From: the human T2T-CHM13v2.0 reference genome, Homo sapiens
Assembly (NCBI RefSeq): GCF_009914755.1
Contig: NC_060926.1
Length of the DNA: 64,000 bases
Reading direction: 5' to 3' (one strand)
The notes beneath the pieces were generated by a model that saw nothing but the letters and a program-made list of their open reading frames with translations, did not search any database and had not been told where the DNA came from. Below, in pieces: positions 1 through 15,440 of this stretch. The number at the start of each line of letters is the position of its first letter. Within the stretch, counting starts at the first letter, position 1. The position numbers and the translations under genes were made by a program.

Positions 1-281
1 CAGTCAGCAGCCATCAGCATGGAAGCAAGACCCTCCACAAACAAGAAGATAACAACTCTCTGAAGGCTCAGATTGTTAGCATCTTTTAGCAATAAATTCT
101 TTTTAATTAAGATATGTACAGTGTTTTTAGACACAATGCTATGGTACACTAAATATACTACGATATAGTATAAATACAACATTTATATATACTACAAAAT
201 AAAAATTTGAGTGACTACTTTATAGAGATATTTACTTTATTGCATGCTCTAGAAACAAACCTGCAATATTTCTGAGGTATG
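1..281 (+). mobile_element. Tigger1 DNA transposon, 3' end (continues beyond window start)
   Basis: Matches recalled Tigger1 3' end (cagtcagcagccatca...gcaagaccctcca...tgaaggctcaga...) and ends in TIR-like gcaatatttctgaggtatg. Confidence 0.85.
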
Positions 282-3200
282 AGGTTATGTATGTAAACAC
301 ACACACATGCACATACATACATACATATATTAATTGACCATAAACACCCCTTAAGATAGTGATAAAGTCAGTAAAGATGTAAATAGAAATAGAAATAGAA
401 TAACTATAAACAATGACAACTGCAAACAAATTAAAACGTACGTAGATAGATATGTAGATAGATATGAGAGCATCAAACTGAAAACATATTATGCTAGGAG
501 AATATTCGCAAATTCATACAGATATAATTTTGATAGACATGTAAAGCATTCATTTCTATTTTAGCCAGATTGAACCTCTTCTTGTTGTCTTTACTTCTCG
601 ACCTTTGCCGACTCATACCCTCCTTCTGTCTGGATCACACTGTGTATTCCAGTCTTCCTCTCCCCCTCCCCACCAGCCAAGGAATCCCAGGAGAATTTGC
701 CAACTTGGCAGAATCTTTCACCACGTTATTTAACCTGGATTTGTTCCACCTGAAAATATCAAGTGCTCTAAAAAGTTGCCTTTTTTTCTAATGTAAACAA
801 GCAATGTAAGGCATTTCTAGAAAATTACCTTGTAATTATCTAGAATCGGTTCAACTTGAACTAATTATAGCACAAGAAGATTCCCTTTCTGACACCATAT
901 TTTCATTGTAAAGACCCTTTTCATCCTTAACCCATCATCCAGGGACAAGGGCACAAGCAGCATTAGGGGAAGCTAAACTTGCATCAGACTCTCTTGTGCT
1001 GGCAGGATTCTATATTGGTTGACTGCATAGTGTTTGGTAAGTTCTTAGTCACATTGTGTAAATAAGTAAAACAAAATAACTAATATGCATCCAGCAGAAT
1101 GTAGTGCATATAACACCCTGCATTTATTTATTCTTTGATGCTTATTTAAGTACTGCTTTAGCTCCAGGAGTTGGCAGAATGGCTACTTGAGGAAGATATT
1201 CTAGAAGCCCAGAATTACCTGGATGCCACATTACACCAAAACTTTTCCTTTTTGAGTTTTAAAATGTGGAGTGGCAAGCTCTACAGAAAATCTTGGCCAG
1301 ATTCAAAACATAACATATTTATTCTAATATGCAATCCTCTCCTTCACTCTCCTTTCAAATTTCTTTAGCATATAAGGACATCTGTTTTCCACCCAAGAAA
1401 ATTTAATATTATAATTAACTATAGTTTTAGCAGTTCGGTGAAATATAACTTTCTCGGATGTCTCTATAATTGAAAAAAAAATTCTATTTAAGTCTCTTAT
1501 TCCACCCATTGGGCAAAATTCACTTGAGACTATTCAGGGAAATTTCATTCATTTAAAGGCTCTTCTTCTTTCTGCTCAAGGATGTGACTACATTTCCTGG
1601 GATGTATTGGTTTAAGTATTGATCTGGTGGGTTTTGGAGGGAGGAAGTTCCTGGTTTCATTCATGATCATCCTCAAAGATGTGCACATTAGGACAGACTC
1701 AGTTTCATCCATCTGATCATTGTGGTTCCATGTAGGTAATTACAGTGTATTATTTGTCCTGACCAAAATATATATATATATACAACACCAGATTTCAGTG
1801 TCTTTTAGCTCCTCATTGCTGTTTGTATGCCACAGGAAGCATATAACTACACTGGAATTCTGAGGCTATGCCAAGCCCACCGGCCATCATTGCCACCTTT
1901 CCCATTCAGTGGTTTCCAAGGCCTTCACACATATGATGAGGAGCTAATCTTTCTAATGCTTAGAAAAATAAGACACATTGAGGAAATCTGTTTTCTACAA
2001 CTTTCCAGCAGAATGTTAGTGGGGAGGAGAGCACAGGGTTTATTTTCAGAGTCATCAACCAATATGTAATACTCTGGGTTCTATTAATACTCTTTATCTT
2101 CCCCCAGGCTATGCTAATTTCAACTAGTTACGGTAGTGGGAGAGGAAGCTCCATGTCTGAGAGATTACAGCCTGTTCTCCATCAACGTGTAACCCCAGGT
2201 TTTAAGGTCAAGAAAAACAAAAGTCAAGGATGTTATTATGTTCTTCTAAGTCTTTCTCTTTGGCAAAGAATAATATCTTTCAGAGTTGCCACTGGCAGGA
2301 AGGAGGGTCCATTGCAGAGTAAAGAGAAAAATTCCAACAGGTAATATTTTAATATCTTGCTTCACACTTGGCCAGTAGAAAACTTTCCCCCTTGTTGCCC
2401 TTTAAGACTGTGTTTGTGTATATCGTCAAAGCTACTAAAAAATGAAAACAAAAACAAAAAACTGGAGACTGTGATTTGCAGCTTTCAACCTAAAAATGCT
2501 AGAAAAGGGGCCAATACTGGGTCTTACTCTGGAAAGTTAAAAAATATCTTGAAAGCCACATTCCTCCTCTCCACCAAACTACCTGACTCCTACCACAGGG
2601 GCTGTGGTAGTGATGACAGATGAATAATGAAACCAATACTTTCATAAAGAGTTTTTAAAAATATGCTGATCCCAGGACAACTAAGAATTACATTATTATA
2701 ATATTCAGAAAAGAGGCAGGCTAGTCTTTATATTTAATAAGAAATTCAGATGATTCTTTTCTTCCATTTGGAATATTCTACTCTACATGTATATTTTAGA
2801 TGAGATTTTAAAAACTGACTTTCAAGTATGAAAAATAAGATAACATCCAGCAGAGAAGGCTTATTTCAAGCCCAATTTGGATTATATAAAAAAATCACTC
2901 AGAGGGATTATTATAACGGATTTCAGAAAATATTAGTAATTCCATTCCTATGTTTACACACTAAAGAAAATAGCATAATAGCATCGATCAATGTCCCTAA
3001 AAGTTTACATTCTAAGCTCCACAGGATCACCCGTATTTCAAGAGATTACTTCAGTCTTTTTACTTCGGATATCTAACAATAAGTACTCTAGAGCAATCAC
3101 GAAAATAGACTTTAAAGATTTATTTTAACATATTTTATAATCTTTGGGAGCAAATGCTTCCTATTTTAAAAGATTAGCATATTTAAACATATAAGCTCTA

Positions 3201-3371
3201 TAACTTTCTTTTGACAGAAAAGTTAAAAATATAAAGGACAAATTAAAAATTGCAAAACAATATTCATAATATGTGTGCCAGACTTTTAAAAGTCGAAATA
3301 TAAAATTATTGACTTTATAAGTTAATAATTTTAAAAGGTCTACAGCCCAATAGGATAAAAGAGAGAATTTT

Positions 3372-3709
<338 letters not shown>

Positions 3710-4384
3710 CTAGAAACTGTGAGTGGTCATGTAATCTAAGGGAATGCCAGGCACCTAGGTTTGAAATGGAGATACCTGGGAGCTCCAGAGATGTGGAAAT
3801 AAGAGAAAGAGGTAGAGAAAGAGTGAGGGCAGGACATAACTAGAATGAATGAATTGCAATGATTTTGTTAGTCCCTTTTTTAGTGTGCTCCAGGTTCGCA
3901 TTTTAGTCGAGGAGTTTATGATTGGCTCACTTGTCTAAGCCTTGAATAGGAATGGGCTCAGCAGCTGATTAAACTATTACCTGATAAGAAAAAGGACTAA
4001 TCTCCAGAGGTTAATCAGGAAGATGACTGGAAACAGAAATTAATGCCAGGCAACCAAAAGTTACAAGTTTTCTGCCAAGGACACAAACATTTCATGAAGG
4101 AATAAATGCAAGGAGCCAATAAAGTAACAAAAAATGTTCCAGTACTTGGCTCAAAGAAATAAAGAATTTCAACACAATATTTTTGATACTTGAAATTGTA
4201 ACATATAGAAAATATTAAAAATACTTCCCAGGGCAACAAATGGGTGCTCTCTTAAATTGTACATGGAATATAAAATACTAAAAACTTTTTAAGTCCAATC
4301 TAAGTAAATTTAAATGTGCATACTATTTTATTCAACAATATTATTTCTAGTATAGAATTAAAATGGAATTATTTAAAAACTGTA

Positions 4385-4520
4385 AGGAAAGAAAGAAAAA
4401 GAGAAAGAGAAAGGAAGGAAAGAGAGAGAGAGAAAGAAAGAAAGAAAGAAAAAGTGAAAGAAAGAGAAAGAAAGAGAAAGACAGGGAGAGAAGGAAGGAG
4501 GATGGGGAAGAAGAGGGGAT
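4385..4520. repeat. GA-rich low-complexity tract
   Basis: gaaa/gaga/ggaa units. Confidence 0.9.
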
Positions 4521-4714
4521 ATGAGTAATAAAAATTAAACTGAAATTTCTAACAACGATTAATTTATTAAATAATATTGTTTAAGGAATTCTTAGGGGTT
4601 ATTAAAATTAATGTATTCAACAAATATCTATTGAAATTTTCCTAAATCAGACAAGGTACTAATGAATTAATGCTATCCTACATCTATTGACATGGAAAGG
4701 TACACATTATATAT

Positions 4715-4770
4715 CTGTATTTATGTATCTGTCTATCTATCTATCTATCTAGTAGATATATATATATATT
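4715..4770. repeat. (TATC)n/(TA)n microsatellite
   Basis: Directly visible tctatctatctatc and atatat runs. Confidence 0.8.
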
Positions 4771-5471
4771 TCTTTTTTATTCATTTTTTACTCATAATAT
4801 ATTTTTAAGTATAAAAATTAGTGACAAATAGTAGGCATAGTATGATTTAATTTATGACAAAAATATACAGCTTTGATTTACACAGACACACACAGCTTTG
4901 CATGGATTATTTGTACACGCTGAGATGCTGCTACTTTTTATTTTCTTTTTTATGTGATGCCAATTTTCTTTTCAATCAGGCTCACCATTCTGCCTTGTAC
5001 CTCCTGGGAGACATGTTATGTGCTAGTTTCTTGTATTTACCTCCTCGTCTACTCTGTTTGGCTTTGAGTATTCATACAATCTTGAGAAATGGCATTCAGA
5101 GTTTTGAGGGGCATGAGAATCAGGCAAGTTTTGCCTACAGTTAGAATTTGTAAATGAGCCCCAAAAGCCTGACAAAAGCCTGAACTCATATAGGTTTTGA
5201 ATAAAATTTATTTTACTCTTTTTTTTTTTTTTTTTTGCTTTACTCTTCTCCCCTGACGTTTTGGTTGCCTTCCCTTTGAAACCTCCCTTCTTTCTTCTAA
5301 TTTTTTTCTTACATATTTATTCACTTCACACTTCATTCTCCCTGTTTTTTTTTCTTTACCCGTATTCCTTAACCTGCAGTAATCCTATTCAAATATTGCA
5401 TCAAATTATAAAAATTAAGATCATTTTATATCACATAGACTTTGCAAGTGTGTTTTTCTCTAATGTAACTA

Positions 5472-5807
<336 letters not shown>

Positions 5808-6172
5808 TTACACGTATTACATGACATTCAGGAAGGCCAAACATCAGGTGCTTCAGCAGACTGTTCAGGTTCCACTTGTGGAAAAAAAAAATGAAAGAAA
5901 AAATACTGAGGCTTTTGACCACTCTTATATTTTGACAGCAACTTGAGCTTGCAGAATCAAAATAAAATGATTTATAATATAAGTCCATGTGGGTAGGGTA
6001 GAGGAAATGCTGCTCTCTTAGCATGTTAAGGTAAGAGATTGGTATGTACAAAACCAAGATAGAACTAATTTTTTAAAGAGAAATATGAGCTTCTCATTTA
6101 GGTCAAAAGATGAGGGGGGCAGATTTTCCATAAATAAAATTAGTCTTTAAAGAGTAAAAAAATCTGATTCAG

Positions 6173-6657
<485 letters not shown>

Positions 6658-7427
6658 TAAATACTCAAAGAGGGAGAGCACCCAGAGCAGAAAGGCTCAT
6701 ATTTTTTCCCTGGATCATTCATGGATAGCCACAGAGATTGCTGGAGTCAGGAGCAGCAGAAAAGGAGCTGGAGCCCATCTCTCCCACATGGAAAGCAAGA
6801 GGCATGGCTGGGCAGGGAAAAACTGCCTTACTTCTCAGTCCCACCAGCCTGGGAACACTTCTTCTCTTGGAACTTTTTCTAATACTTTGTTGCTTTTATA
6901 AAAACTGAGGCTTGGTTAATGGATCTTATTCCCCAAGCTCAAAAGATGATGTAAGCCATGTCCACTATCTAGCCATTCACCTCTACACACCAATATGCTC
7001 CAGATGCCAACACACACCCCTTTCATTAGTCCTTTATGTTAAATTTGCAATTCACTGGAAAAAGATGATGGAGACTAATTAAATTACTTCATTAGGGAAA
7101 GGTAACTGACAGTGAGGAAGGGCATGTGTTGGGCACTCTGGAGAGTCAAGTTTAGTTGAAGGGCATTGGGATGTGAGAGATGAGGAGAGAGTGAGAAAAT
7201 AAGACAAAGCCGGCAAGTTTTTTGAAGACACTGAAAAAGTCTATGGAGTGTTCATTGAGCATCTCAAAAAAAAAAAAAAAATGAAGCTGAGACAGTGGTC
7301 TCCTGGTGTTATGAGAGGGAACAAGACAGCTAGAATAAAGTTGCCACTTCATTATTGCTTACCCCACCCCCAAATACAAATTATTGTATTAAATCTTTTT
7401 CATTTGAGGCATCAACTGTGGTTCATG

Positions 7428-7727
7428 TTTTTTGTTTGTTTGAGACGGAGTCTCTGTTACCCAGGCTTGCGTGCAGTGTCACAAACTCAGCTCATTGAAA
7501 CTACTGCCTCCCAGGTTCAACCTTCTCCTCCCTCAGCCTCCTGAGTACCTGGGATTACAGGTGCCTGCCACCATGCCAGGATATTTTTTGTTTTCTTTTG
7601 TATTTTTAGTAGAGATAGGGTTGCACTATGTTGGCCAGTCTGGTCTTGAACCCCTGACCACAAGTGATCTGCCTGCCTCAGCCTCCTAAAGTGCTGGAAT
7701 TAAAGACATGAGCCACTGCACCTGGCA
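7428..7727 (-). mobile_element. Alu (S/Jb-like)
   Basis: Antisense Alu; TSD ggttcatgttttt on both sides. Confidence 0.92.
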
Positions 7728-8080
7728 GGTTCATGTTTTTTAACTGGTACATAGTCTCCTTGTGGAGACCGATGTCAAACAAATAGACACCAAAATAAAT
7801 GTAATCATACATTTTAAAAAATAAAACAGAAAAGAAAATAACTAAAAAAAAAACTAAGAAGGGGATCTACTTTAGGTCATGGGAGGGGCAGAACACATTT
7901 TGATGCAAAATCTCTTGTAGGCTTCAATGGCTAGTCCTCAGTCAATGGCTCCTCAATATTTATTACTTGCTCTGACAACTTCCTCATGAACTAAACTTTG
8001 TCTCTCTCTTATTTCCTGGGTATCTTCACCTGCTTTTATCTAAAATTTAACATGTTCAAAAATCTTATCCCCTTCCCATA

Positions 8081-8425
8081 TATTTTAGTCCTTTTGTTAC
8101 TACTATAATAGAATACTACAAACTGGATAGTTTATATTAAAAAGAAACTTATTAACTCACAGTTCTGGAGACTGGAAGTCAAATATCAAGGTACTGGTGT
8201 CTTGCAAGGGCCTTCTTGTTATGTCGTAACATGACAGAAGAAAAGAGGGAAAAAAGAAAGAGAGCCCATGACTAAAAACTCTCTTATTAAGGCATTGAAT
8301 GCACCCATGAGGCTGGAGTCCTCATGGCCTAATTACCCGTTAAATGTCACACCTCTTAATATTGCTACAATGATGATTAAATTTCAACATGAGTTTTTGA
8401 GGGAACAAACATTCAAACCACAGCA
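8081..8425 (-). mobile_element. MaLR solo LTR (MSTC/MSTD/MLT1A-like)
   Basis: ctcacagttctggagactggaagtc...ctcatggcctaatt...aaatttcaacatgagtttttgagggaacaaacattcaaaccacagca. Confidence 0.8.
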
Positions 8426-8559
8426 TCCTACAAATCATCTTCTCTTCTTTGTTGGTCCCTCTCCCATATTTGTGCCATTTCAATTTCTGCATTGTCTTAG
8501 AAAGCCAAAAATTTTAATTCATTTTTCACTATTAGACAAATTTGGGTTACTACTATTGC

Positions 8560-9125
8560 TAGAAACCACAAATAAATCTGGTTTCTAACTCTTCCCAACT
8601 CAGTTCATCCTAACTACTCAGCTAAGTAGATGCTTACCCACATTCTGGCTGTGATACTCCCTGTTCGAAAAGCTTTAGTGGCTATCAACCAAAACTCTAA
8701 CATCCAACATCACTTATGAATTACTTATAAATATTTTTTTAATTTAATTCCACAAGTCCTCTATGATCTAACCATATTGGACTACTTGTAGTTTGTCACA
8801 TGTGCTCTAAAGCTTTCTGCCTGCCTGATTTTTGCTTAGTTTTATCTCTCCAAGGAACATATCCTACTTTTTACCTTTTTTGCTTCCTTATCCCCATTTT
8901 CTATCATTATCTTAAATTTCATATCATCTATAAAGGAATTCCTTGTGCCTCTTGATAATAAAATTTCTCTGTTAAAGCTTTTTTTGTGTTTTTTTCTTTG
9001 TACAATTTACATGGAATTTTTCATATGCTTTTTATGTGATTTTGACATTCTCTCATTCCTCCTTGACTTTTGGAAATCTCTTACTTATCTGTTTGTTTCT
9101 TAGTGCATATAGTGGGTGCTCAGAA
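8560..9125 (+). mobile_element. L2 3' region, highly diverged
   Basis: actccctgttcgaaaagctttagtggct; terminal gcatatagtgggtgctca. Confidence 0.45.
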
Positions 9126-12100
9126 GTGCATCAAAATCCCTCAAGGACGTTTAATAACATGGGCAGCAGAATTACAAAAGGCAGCATCCAGAAAGTAATA
9201 CAGAGTGGAAATTCACCTTAACTTGAAAAGCCTTGCATTCAAAGAGAATTCAACAACATACTTGTGTAGTGGAACTTGTAAAATGTTTTTGTCCCAGAGC
9301 AAGCTTAATGATTAAGCACTTGGCACTTCAGAACTGCATCATTGCACATGCTGGAACTAAGCCAGGGAATCAGTTAAGCAGATCTTCAGTTCAACCTTGC
9401 TATAGTCTCCGAGATCATTTGACAAGTTGAGAACTTCCCCAGGTTGATCTATTTCACCTATAGTAATGACTGGAGAAATACAGTAAGCACAGAATAGAAC
9501 ATATAGCAGAATTCTATTCCCAGAGACCTTTTATTATCCTTCTTTGTCATTGAGTTCTACTTGCACAATAAAATCTGTTATTTCACTCCTCATCAAGTAA
9601 TGTTTTACACACTTATATAAATATGGTCCAAACCTCTTCAAAGAACAGCCAGTACTTACAAATGAAATTTTCATCAGATCAATTTCTTATTTCAAAATAG
9701 AAAGATAGTAATCTACATGTACTAGTGAAAAAAAAGACGATTGAAAAAGTACTGAATGATGATGTTCATCTTTGATAGTTTGCTGGATTTAACAGAAGAC
9801 TTATAAATGGCAAAGCATTTGATCAGATTGGGTAGAGGGTAAAACTTGAGTTTTTTAATTCTTCTACCAATTGAGTAAGATGAGTTGGTAGAAATTAATC
9901 GTCTTAGTTTTTATGTCATTAGATTTCAACAGACTGAATTTCCTCTGACAAGGAAGGTACTATGCAATGTGCAATAATCTTTTAAATGTAATCATAACCT
10001 GGCATTGATAAAATATTCTCTGAAAACAAAAGTCACACCTCAGTCTTTGGTTTCAACAGCAGCATATAAGAATTCTCTTGGCAAGAATGACAGAAAAAAG
10101 ATTTTCTATTCAATTTAGTCAAAAGCCTTTCAATTCATTTATCTTACTTATTAACAGTTTCTCTTCATTCGGCTTTTAATACATTTTGTGTAAGAAAAGT
10201 GAATCAAAAAGTAAATACATGATCTTTAATAATAACAATTACACAGAAATGTATGCAGTGAGTGGATGATGGTTTTCCAGGCTAATAGTATAAAAATAAT
10301 TCAAAAAAAGAAATTGAATAGTAGGAAAAGAATTTAAAAATAAAACAGGACAGGCAACTATCTTTCATCACTTAATTTAATTCATAAAGATGATATCTTC
10401 TCTTATAAGTATGTCCATTGACTCTGTGAAGCTCAGGGAACATCTCAGCTCTGAAAATGGCATTTTATTAATATGAAGTAAATTTAATCACATATTTATA
10501 AAAAAGGCAAAGCTCTCCTGGCTTTCCAAGTGGGCCTGGAAATATTTTTTAAATGCATTTTCTAAGAGTCACATATGGACAAGAGATGAGGACCTCAAAA
10601 GAGGAACAGAGCAGAAAAGTGAACATAGCCCTGAATGAGATTAGAATCAACTTTACTAGGTGTTAGTAACCTTTCTGTCAAGGAGAAAGTGATTTATCCT
10701 AAACATGAATATTTTCAGCCATGAATTGACATCTTCACACATTCATTAGCAAATCATTTGATGGTTTATTTTACATTCTTACTCATTTATGTCTTCATAT
10801 TCACATGAATTGGCATTGCAATTAAAATGCAAGTTGATTAAGGGCAAATATCATATCTCATTTTGATCTTTACCGAATATAGTATTATGTTTGAAAAATA
10901 GTGGGTGATCCAGTAGTTTAGAAGGCAATAGAAATTGCAGTGTTACCTTAGGCAGTTTACTCAATGCCTGCTGGGAAGTTTGCTGACCTTTTTCTTTCTT
11001 TTCAATCTATATGTCTATTGTTATGATAACACATTCCACCTAGTTTATGTTGAGTAAAAAAGAAATTAACCAACTAGAACAGGTCAATTACTTCTTTATC
11101 CTTTTAAGATAGAATGTCTCCAAAATGTCTTCTTCCTCAAATATACAAAATGCTGAAAAAAAAAAAAGATTGAGAATTTTACAGTTTTGAGAGTGATAGT
11201 GAAGATTGTGTCTTAAATCTTCTATATCCAGTCAAAATATACTTTTGGTATAAAAGCAACAGAAATCTAGTGCTAGATATTAAGAAAACTAACAAGGTTA
11301 CTTCATAGGGATTTTTCATTTTACATTAAAATATGAGAAATGTATAATTATGTATAAGGAGAATGTAATGAAATAAAAATAATAAAACAAAAATGCTTTT
11401 GCAAATATAATCAGGATAAAAATATACAGGTACACATAGTTTCAGGAATTAAAATAAATTAAATAGAAATACAGAATATTAACATTTTAATACTATATAT
11501 ATATATTATTTTAAAAACTGGAAAACAACAATTAAATAAAAAATGTCTTGGAAAATGCTAACTACCAAATTGGAGCAAGGAGAAATTGAACTAAGTTAGG
11601 ACCTATTACCAAAAACCACATTGTTCATATGGTTTAATTGGTGACTTCTACTTTTATCAGGAACTTATATATTTTCATTTCATTTAAATTAGTTTAGAGT
11701 GTACAAAAAGATGACAAAGCTTTGTTTTTTGAGAATGACCATCAAGACACCCTGAATGGTCCTTTTGCTAAAAACAAAACAAACAAAATGAAAACCTTAA
11801 AAGTGTTAAAACTCACACAAACACACATGCACACAGACATACACATCACATATCCATAGTAGAGCTACAAGGAAATACAGAACCTTTAGAGGCCAAAATA
11901 AACTGAAAGTAGGAATCCTGGGGTAGAAGTGAAGGTATTTATATACGAGTGATGGCTTGGAGCTTATATTTTGTTGGCTTCCCAGAGTACAAATGGGCCA
12001 TCAGCGTTAAAGTTTAGGGCCCACATTAGGAAACCAGTGTTATAAAAGATGTATGCATAAAATGGAATCCCAAAGGGTCATACCTTCTGTGTAAGGCAGA

Positions 12101-12232
12101 AAGAAAGAAATATATCATGTAGAGGGGACACCAAAGAAACTCACTTCTTTCAACTTTGGTACTGAATGAAGAGCAAAAATGTCTATCCTCGGAATTTATA
12201 ATTATAAGCCTGTCTTCAAGTAGGTTTACAGG

Positions 12233-12676
12233 CTTTCAACCTAAACAACAGAGAGGAAGACTCTCTAAAAGAAAATAACATTTATTAGGGAAGAGGTATT
12301 GCAAGGGAAATATGTGTGCCGTAATAAACTATGTGCATATTCAAGAAGGTAAAGGAAGACAAAGGTTTTTAGAGGAAACAGAGAGAGGATTACATAATTG
12401 TTTTGAGATAACTATCCTTGGCTACAAGGATCAATAACAAGGGTGATGCCAGTCTGAAGCTGGACAGACAGTTGCTCAGCAGATGTCTTTGCAGAAGTAT
12501 TCTTTTGTGTAAGGTTGTGATGGTCTTTGTGCAAGGCTGTGGTTTTTCAGTCTTTTGCGATAGTTCTTGTTATCGAGAATTTGTGCTTGAGACCCTTCTC
12601 TTCATGGCATTCCTAGGCTTGATTTGTCAGGGTTTTTAACTCAAGTGACTCCATTTTAATTTTGACAACTTTCACA
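12233..12676 (-). mobile_element. MER65-family ERV1 solo LTR
   Basis: End reads as the reverse complement of tgtgaaagttgtcaaaattaaaatggagtcacttgagttaaaaaccctgacaaat, the recalled MER65 start. Confidence 0.75.
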
Positions 12677-13254
12677 AGACTAATTTAAAATCACCTGTAT
12701 TAGCCACAAATCCTTGTAATCAAGAGGAAGACTTCAGTCTCAATGTTTGAGTAAAGATAGCTTTCAAACTAATACCTCTCCCTCTTTTTCATCACATTTG
12801 GGAATCTGATTTAAAATAAAATAAACATTCATGACCTTACCTTAAGGTCAGTGGGAAGTTTTAACTATGCAAACCCCATCCCTCAAGTGGAAATGTGCAC
12901 CCTGGCCCACCTTCCAACCACATTCTTATTTCCAGTCTTGCTTTATTTACTCTTGCCACCTGGACCAGCCTGCACCTACTCTGCTCACTCTAGAAAAACC
13001 TATGGCATGAGTAACAACTATTTCCCTATGCTGTTAGTGGATGTGGTGTCATCAGTCTTCATGACATCCAAACTATTCTATTGGGAATGTGTCCTTCCCA
13101 TCCTCCATAGAGTGACTATAAAACATTTACTTTGAAAGCTACAGGAATACCTTGAAGATACTGCTGGTTCAGTCACAGACTACTGCAATGAAATGAATAT
13201 TGCAGTAGAAATTCACACACAAATTTTTGTTTCCTAGTACATTTAAAAGTTATG

Positions 13255-14065
13255 CAAATAATTTGTATAGGAGGCAGGGAAATAACTAGGCAGAAAAAAG
13301 AGGGGTCCCTGGTGAAGCCTCACACTCAAGCCTGGACCCCCAGCCCAAAGTGAAAGCATGAATTCCTGTTTTCCCACAGAATGTTGCCTTTTCCAAAACC
13401 ACCCTGGGCTGCCAAGTCCCCCAACCTGTACCCATAAAAACCCCAGGCTCCACAGGCAGCAAAGCGGCAGAGCAGTGGAGCAGCAGAGAAGGAGAGAAGA
13501 GAAGAAGCACCTGAAAGTCCAGAAAAGCAGCAGCTGGACATCGGAGACAATGATCGGAGAGGAGTTCGGTTGGGGATGGTCGAAACTCAGGCGAAGATTA
13601 CCTTCCCGCTCCATCCCCTTCCCAGTGCCTCCTTCCTGCTGGAAACAACTTCTATAGGCAATAAAATCTTCTGCATTCACCACCCTCCTATTTGTCCATG
13701 CATCCTCACTCCTCCTGGGTGCCGACAAGGACCCAGTTTCAGGTGCAAAAGACTGTCACACTGAGCCTCTGCTGAGCTGTTTAATACTTAAGCCATCCAC
13801 GGATGGCGAAGCTAAAAGAGTGCACTGTAACACATGCCCTCTGGGACTCTGGGAGTAACTGGCAACCCATAGATGCTGCTGCAGGCCCGTAGAGTTCTGT
13901 TCCTGCCAGTTTCCCAGAAGCACACATCCTGGCCTCTGCACCCGCTCATCTGTGTGCTCTCCCTCCAGCAAGGGGTTGAGAGCTGTGGGATGAGTAAGAG
14001 CTATGGCATGAGTAGTCACCCTTTCATGAGTCCTGCAAAGGGGTCAAGGCAACTATCGCATTTCA
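13255..14065 (+). mobile_element. LTR1-family (HUERS-P2, ERV1) solo LTR nested in Tigger1
   Basis: ggaggcagggaaata...ctcaagcctgga...gcagagaaggagagaagagaag...ggagaggagttcgg; AATAAA near 13660; ends tttca; Tigger1 resumes at 14066. Confidence 0.8.
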
Positions 14066-14462
14066 CTTACACAAGGCTGTAGTGTATTAAGTATGCAATA
14101 GCATTTTGTCTAAAAATATACTTACATTAGTTAAAATATTTTATTGCTAAAAAATGCTAACAATCATCTGAGCCTTTAACAAATCATACTCTTTTTGCTG
14201 GTAGAGGGTCTTACCTTCATCTTGATGTGACTGATCAGAGTGGTGACGACTGAAGTTGGGTGGCTGTCGCAATTTCTTATAATAAAACAAGGGTCAAGTT
14301 TGCTGCATCAGTTGATTCTTCCACAAAAGATTTTCCTGTACCATGCTATGCTACTTGATAGCATTTGACTCACAGAACTCTTTTTAAAATTGGAGTCAAG
14401 ACCCTCAAGCCCTGCCACTGCTTGATCAATTAAGTTTATGGAATATTCTAAATCTTTTATTG

Positions 14463-14684
14463 TCATTTCAACAATCTAGCTATGAAAGTTCTACCTGTTA
14501 TGCTCTTCCAAGATAAGGCTGTTTTGTCTACATTGAAAAGCTCTTGTTTAGTGTAGCCACTTTCTGCAGTTGTCTCAGCTAGACCCCCTGGATAACTCGC
14601 TACAGCTTCTCCATCAGCATTTACTGTTTCATCATGCATTTTTATATTATGGGGATGACTTCTTTTCTTAAACCTTATGAACAA
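14463..14684 (-). pseudogene. Decayed Tigger1 (pogo-like DDE) transposase fragment
   Basis: [17 protein letters not shown]...ADGEAVASYP...GYTKQELFNVDKTALSWK resembles the Tigger1/TIGD1 motif GYTKQQIFNVDETAFYWK. Confidence 0.85.
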
Positions 14685-15440
14685 CCTCTGCTAGCTATTA
14701 ACATTTCTACTGCAGCTTTCTTACCCTTCTCAGCTTTCATAGAATTGAAGAGAATTAGTTCCTTAGTCTGCATTAGGCTTTGGCTTAAAAGAATATTGTG
14801 GCTGGTTTGATTTTCCATCTATACCAGTCTAACTTTCTCTATACTGGCAAGAAGGCTGTTTCACTTTCTTATCATTCATGTGTTCACTGGAGTAGCACTT
14901 TTAATTTTCTTCAAGAACTTTTCCTTTGCCTTCACAGCTTGGCAAACTGTTTAGTTCAAGAGCTCTACCTTTTGACCTATCTCAGCTTTCACTACGCCTT
15001 CCTCATTAAGCTTTATCATTTCTAGCTTTTGACTTAAAATGGCAAAGTGTGACCCTATTTTTGTCTAGAACACTTAATTGGCCTAATTTTAATATCGCTA
15101 TGCCTCAACAAATAGAGTGGCCCCAGCAAAAAGAGAGAGACAGGGAGCAGCCAGTTCATATATGGGTGTGGTTCATGGTGCCCCCAAACAATTACAATAA
15201 CAACATCAAAGACCACACCACAACAGATATTGTAATAATGAAAAAGTTTGAAATATTGTATGAATTGCCAAAATGTCACACAGAGATGAAGTAAGCATGT
15301 GTTTTTGCAGAAATGGCCCCAATAGACTTGTCAGACTCAGGGTTACCACAAGTCTTCAATTTGTAAAAAAGAAAAAAAAAAGTAAAGTGAATAAAAGGAG
15401 GTTTGCCTTTACAATCGAATGATACACTTTAATAAATTAC

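Larger units (their letters stand above)
13142..15409 (-). mobile_element. Tigger1, internally deleted, both TIRs present, interrupted by LTR1
   Basis: TA-caggaataccttg ... gaggtttgcctt-TA termini (TA at 13140-13141 and 15410-15411); transposase remnant inside. Confidence 0.9.

Noticed and set aside
698-712. Palindrome tgccaa-c-ttggca as an NFI site
   Set aside because: The half-sites are in the opposite order and spacing to the canonical TTGGC-N5-GCCAA; a short palindrome is expected by chance.
12820-13135. Possible additional ERVL-type LTR fragment and a 94-aa ORF
   Set aside because: LTR-like texture, but I could not assign a family or boundaries; the ORF has no recognisable motif.
13243-14082. 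Cluster of overlapping ORFs up to 161 aa
   Set aside because: They lie in the GC-rich LTR1, are open on both strands and show no protein motif.
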